From the NCBI GenBank assembly GCA_038232335.1, contig JBBSIA010000019.1, positions 3,131 through 67,130 on the forward strand: 64,000 nt of DNA, read 5' to 3'. Below the pieces are notes generated by a model. That model worked only from the letters and a program-made list of their open reading frames with translations, searched no databases and was not told the DNA's origin. The stretch comes from Chthoniobacterales bacterium. GTDB lineage: Bacteria; Verrucomicrobiota; Verrucomicrobiia; Chthoniobacterales; UBA10450. Position numbers and translations under genes: made by a program. This document shows, piece after piece, positions 62,957-64,000 of this stretch. Within the stretch, counting starts at the first letter, position 1. Every line of letters begins with the position of its first letter.

Positions 62957-64000
62957 GAGCGTCTCCGTTTGTAGATCCAGTCGAACAGTTTTTTGGCGAA
63001 TGGCGTCAGTCGCCTTTTGTTGTATTGATCGCCTGCCTTACGTGCTAACTCCGAAAAGGTGGGATAGACGTGAATGGTCGAGGCGATTTTTTCGAGACCA
63101 ATTCCGTACTTCATCGCGAGAATGAACTCGTGAATCAGCTCGCCGGCATGTTCGGCCACGATCGTGACGCCCACGATCCTGTCGGTGCCGCGCTTGAGCA
63201 GGATCTTTGCGAAACCCGATTCCTGGTCTTCAACCACGGCGCGATCGACGTGCGCGACTTCTTGCCTGACGACATCATATTCGATCTCGTTTTCTTTCGC
63301 TTCGCTCTCGCTTAAACCCACACGGGCAACTTCGGGATCAACAAACGTGCACCACGGCACCACGGAATAGTCGGTCTTCTGGCGGAGGAGCTGGAATGGC
63401 ATTAAAATATTCCGCACGACGATGCGCGCGTGGTAATCAGCCATGTGGGTGAACTGGTAGGGGCCAACCACGTCGCCAGCGGCATAAATGTGCCGTTGCG
63501 AAGTCTGCAGGTATGCGTTGGTCTCGACCCCGCGTTTCGAGAATTTCACGCCCGCGGTTTTGAGATCGAGTTCCTCGATATTCGGCGTCCGGCCGGATGC
63601 AATCAGCAGTACTACCGCGGAAATCTTTTTGACCGAACCGGGCGCTGATTTCTGGCTGTAGCTAATCTGGATCTTCCCGTCCACGCATGCGCAAGATTTC
63701 GCTTCTACCGCATTCAGAACGGTGATGCCTTCGCGCTCCAGCCGATCCTGCATGAACTCCGCAACATCAGGATCTTCTTTGCCGAGGATGCGGACGCCGC
63801 GATTCAGCACCGTCACCTTGACGCCCAAACGACAGAAGGCCTGCGCGAGCTCGCAGCCAATTGGCCCACCTCCGAGAATCACCAGGCTTTCGGGCGCCGA
63901 ATCGAGATCGTCGAAGATGGTTTCATTGGTGAAATACGGAACGTCATCGATTCCGTCGATCCGCGGGATCGTTGCGCGCGTGCCGGTGGCGATGACAAAG
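62953..64000 (-). CDS. FAD-dependent pyridine nucleotide-disulfide oxidoreductase (mercuric-reductase/dihydrolipoamide-dehydrogenase-like), N-terminus outside window
   Basis: The frame stays open upstream of the track ORF to base 64000 (FVIATGTRATIPRIDGIDDVPYFTNETIFDDLDSAPESLVILGGGPIGCELAQAF). The dimerisation-domain end is IHVYPTFSE. The stop overlaps the TVP38 start. Confidence 0.85.
   Translation of the reverse strand, partial: FVIATGTRATIPRIDGIDDVPYFTNETIFDDLDSAPESLVILGGGPIGCELAQAFCRLGVKVTVLNRGVRILGKEDPDVAEFMQDRLEREGITVLNAVEAKSCACVDGKIQISYSQKSAPGSVKKISAVVLLIASGRTPNIEELDLKTAGVKFSKRGVETNAYLQTSQRHIYAAGDVVGPYQFTHMADYHARIVVRNILMPFQLLRQKTDYSVVPWCTFVDPEVARVGLSESEAKENEIEYDVVRQEVAHVDRAVVEDQESGFAKILLKRGTDRIVGVTIVAEHAGELIHEFILAMKYGIGLEKIASTIHVYPTFSELARKAGDQYNKRRLTPFAKKLFDWIYKRRRS

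Noticed and set aside
1-64000. CRISPR arrays, rRNA and tRNA genes, transposase or integrase genes, and stop-codon reassignment as an explanation for the in-frame TAA and TGA.
   Set aside because: I saw no regularly spaced direct repeats and no rRNA or tRNA signatures. No transposase-like or integrase-like ORFs appear in the track. Many well-supported genes terminate normally at TGA and TAA, so recoding is unlikely.

Overview
This is a 64-kb, GC-rich bacterial chromosomal segment. The three 60-nt lines I counted by hand in one AT-richer islet gave 45-50% GC, and a fourth line in a second islet gave 47%; a line I judged by eye in a core gene looked nearer 65%. The gene families and the palindromic intergenic repeats resemble large soil-bacterial genomes of the Verrucomicrobia, Planctomycetes or Acidobacteria type, but I cannot assign a taxon from the sequence alone.

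I support about 60 coding regions, mostly core metabolism and envelope functions:
- Metabolism and information processing: glmM, korAB-type 2-oxoacid:ferredoxin oxidoreductase, pyrE, purD, rnc, resB, msrB, PPK2, GH15, D-aminoacylase and a Na+/H+ antiporter.
- DNA repair: Ku and a stand-alone ATP-dependent DNA ligase.
- Regulators: GlxA/AraC, MocR, an NtrC-family activator, HxlR and an ECF sigma/anti-sigma pair.
- A metal-uptake operon: outer-membrane barrel, ZnuA-like binding protein and ZnuB-like permease, with no ATPase.
- Toxin-antitoxin modules: a toxin-first RelE/ParE pair whose 59-aa partner is missing from the ORF track, a RES-Xre pair, a DUF433/DUF5615 pair and a decayed vapBC-like remnant.

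I found no rRNA, tRNA, CRISPR array, transposase or integrase.

The observations most worth a second look are:
1. An unusual density of frame disruptions, with 6 to 7 genes carrying single frameshifts or in-frame stops.
2. A fused membrane/spermidine-synthase-like gene split by an in-frame TAA inside a TTAATTAA palindrome. The split point coincides with the left edge of a roughly 150-bp segment that is duplicated in diverged form just past the gene's end.
3. An eroded Rhs/YD-type polymorphic-toxin islet with an orphan C-terminal module and AT-rich ORFs.
4. Two families of intergenic palindromic repeats, including a 400-bp MITE-like element with 27-bp terminal inverted repeats.
5. An ECF-sigma locus divergent from an envelope thiol/methionine-redox gene string.

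I did not find a clear-cut novel multi-gene system, such as a defence system. The candidates below are ranked with that in mind.
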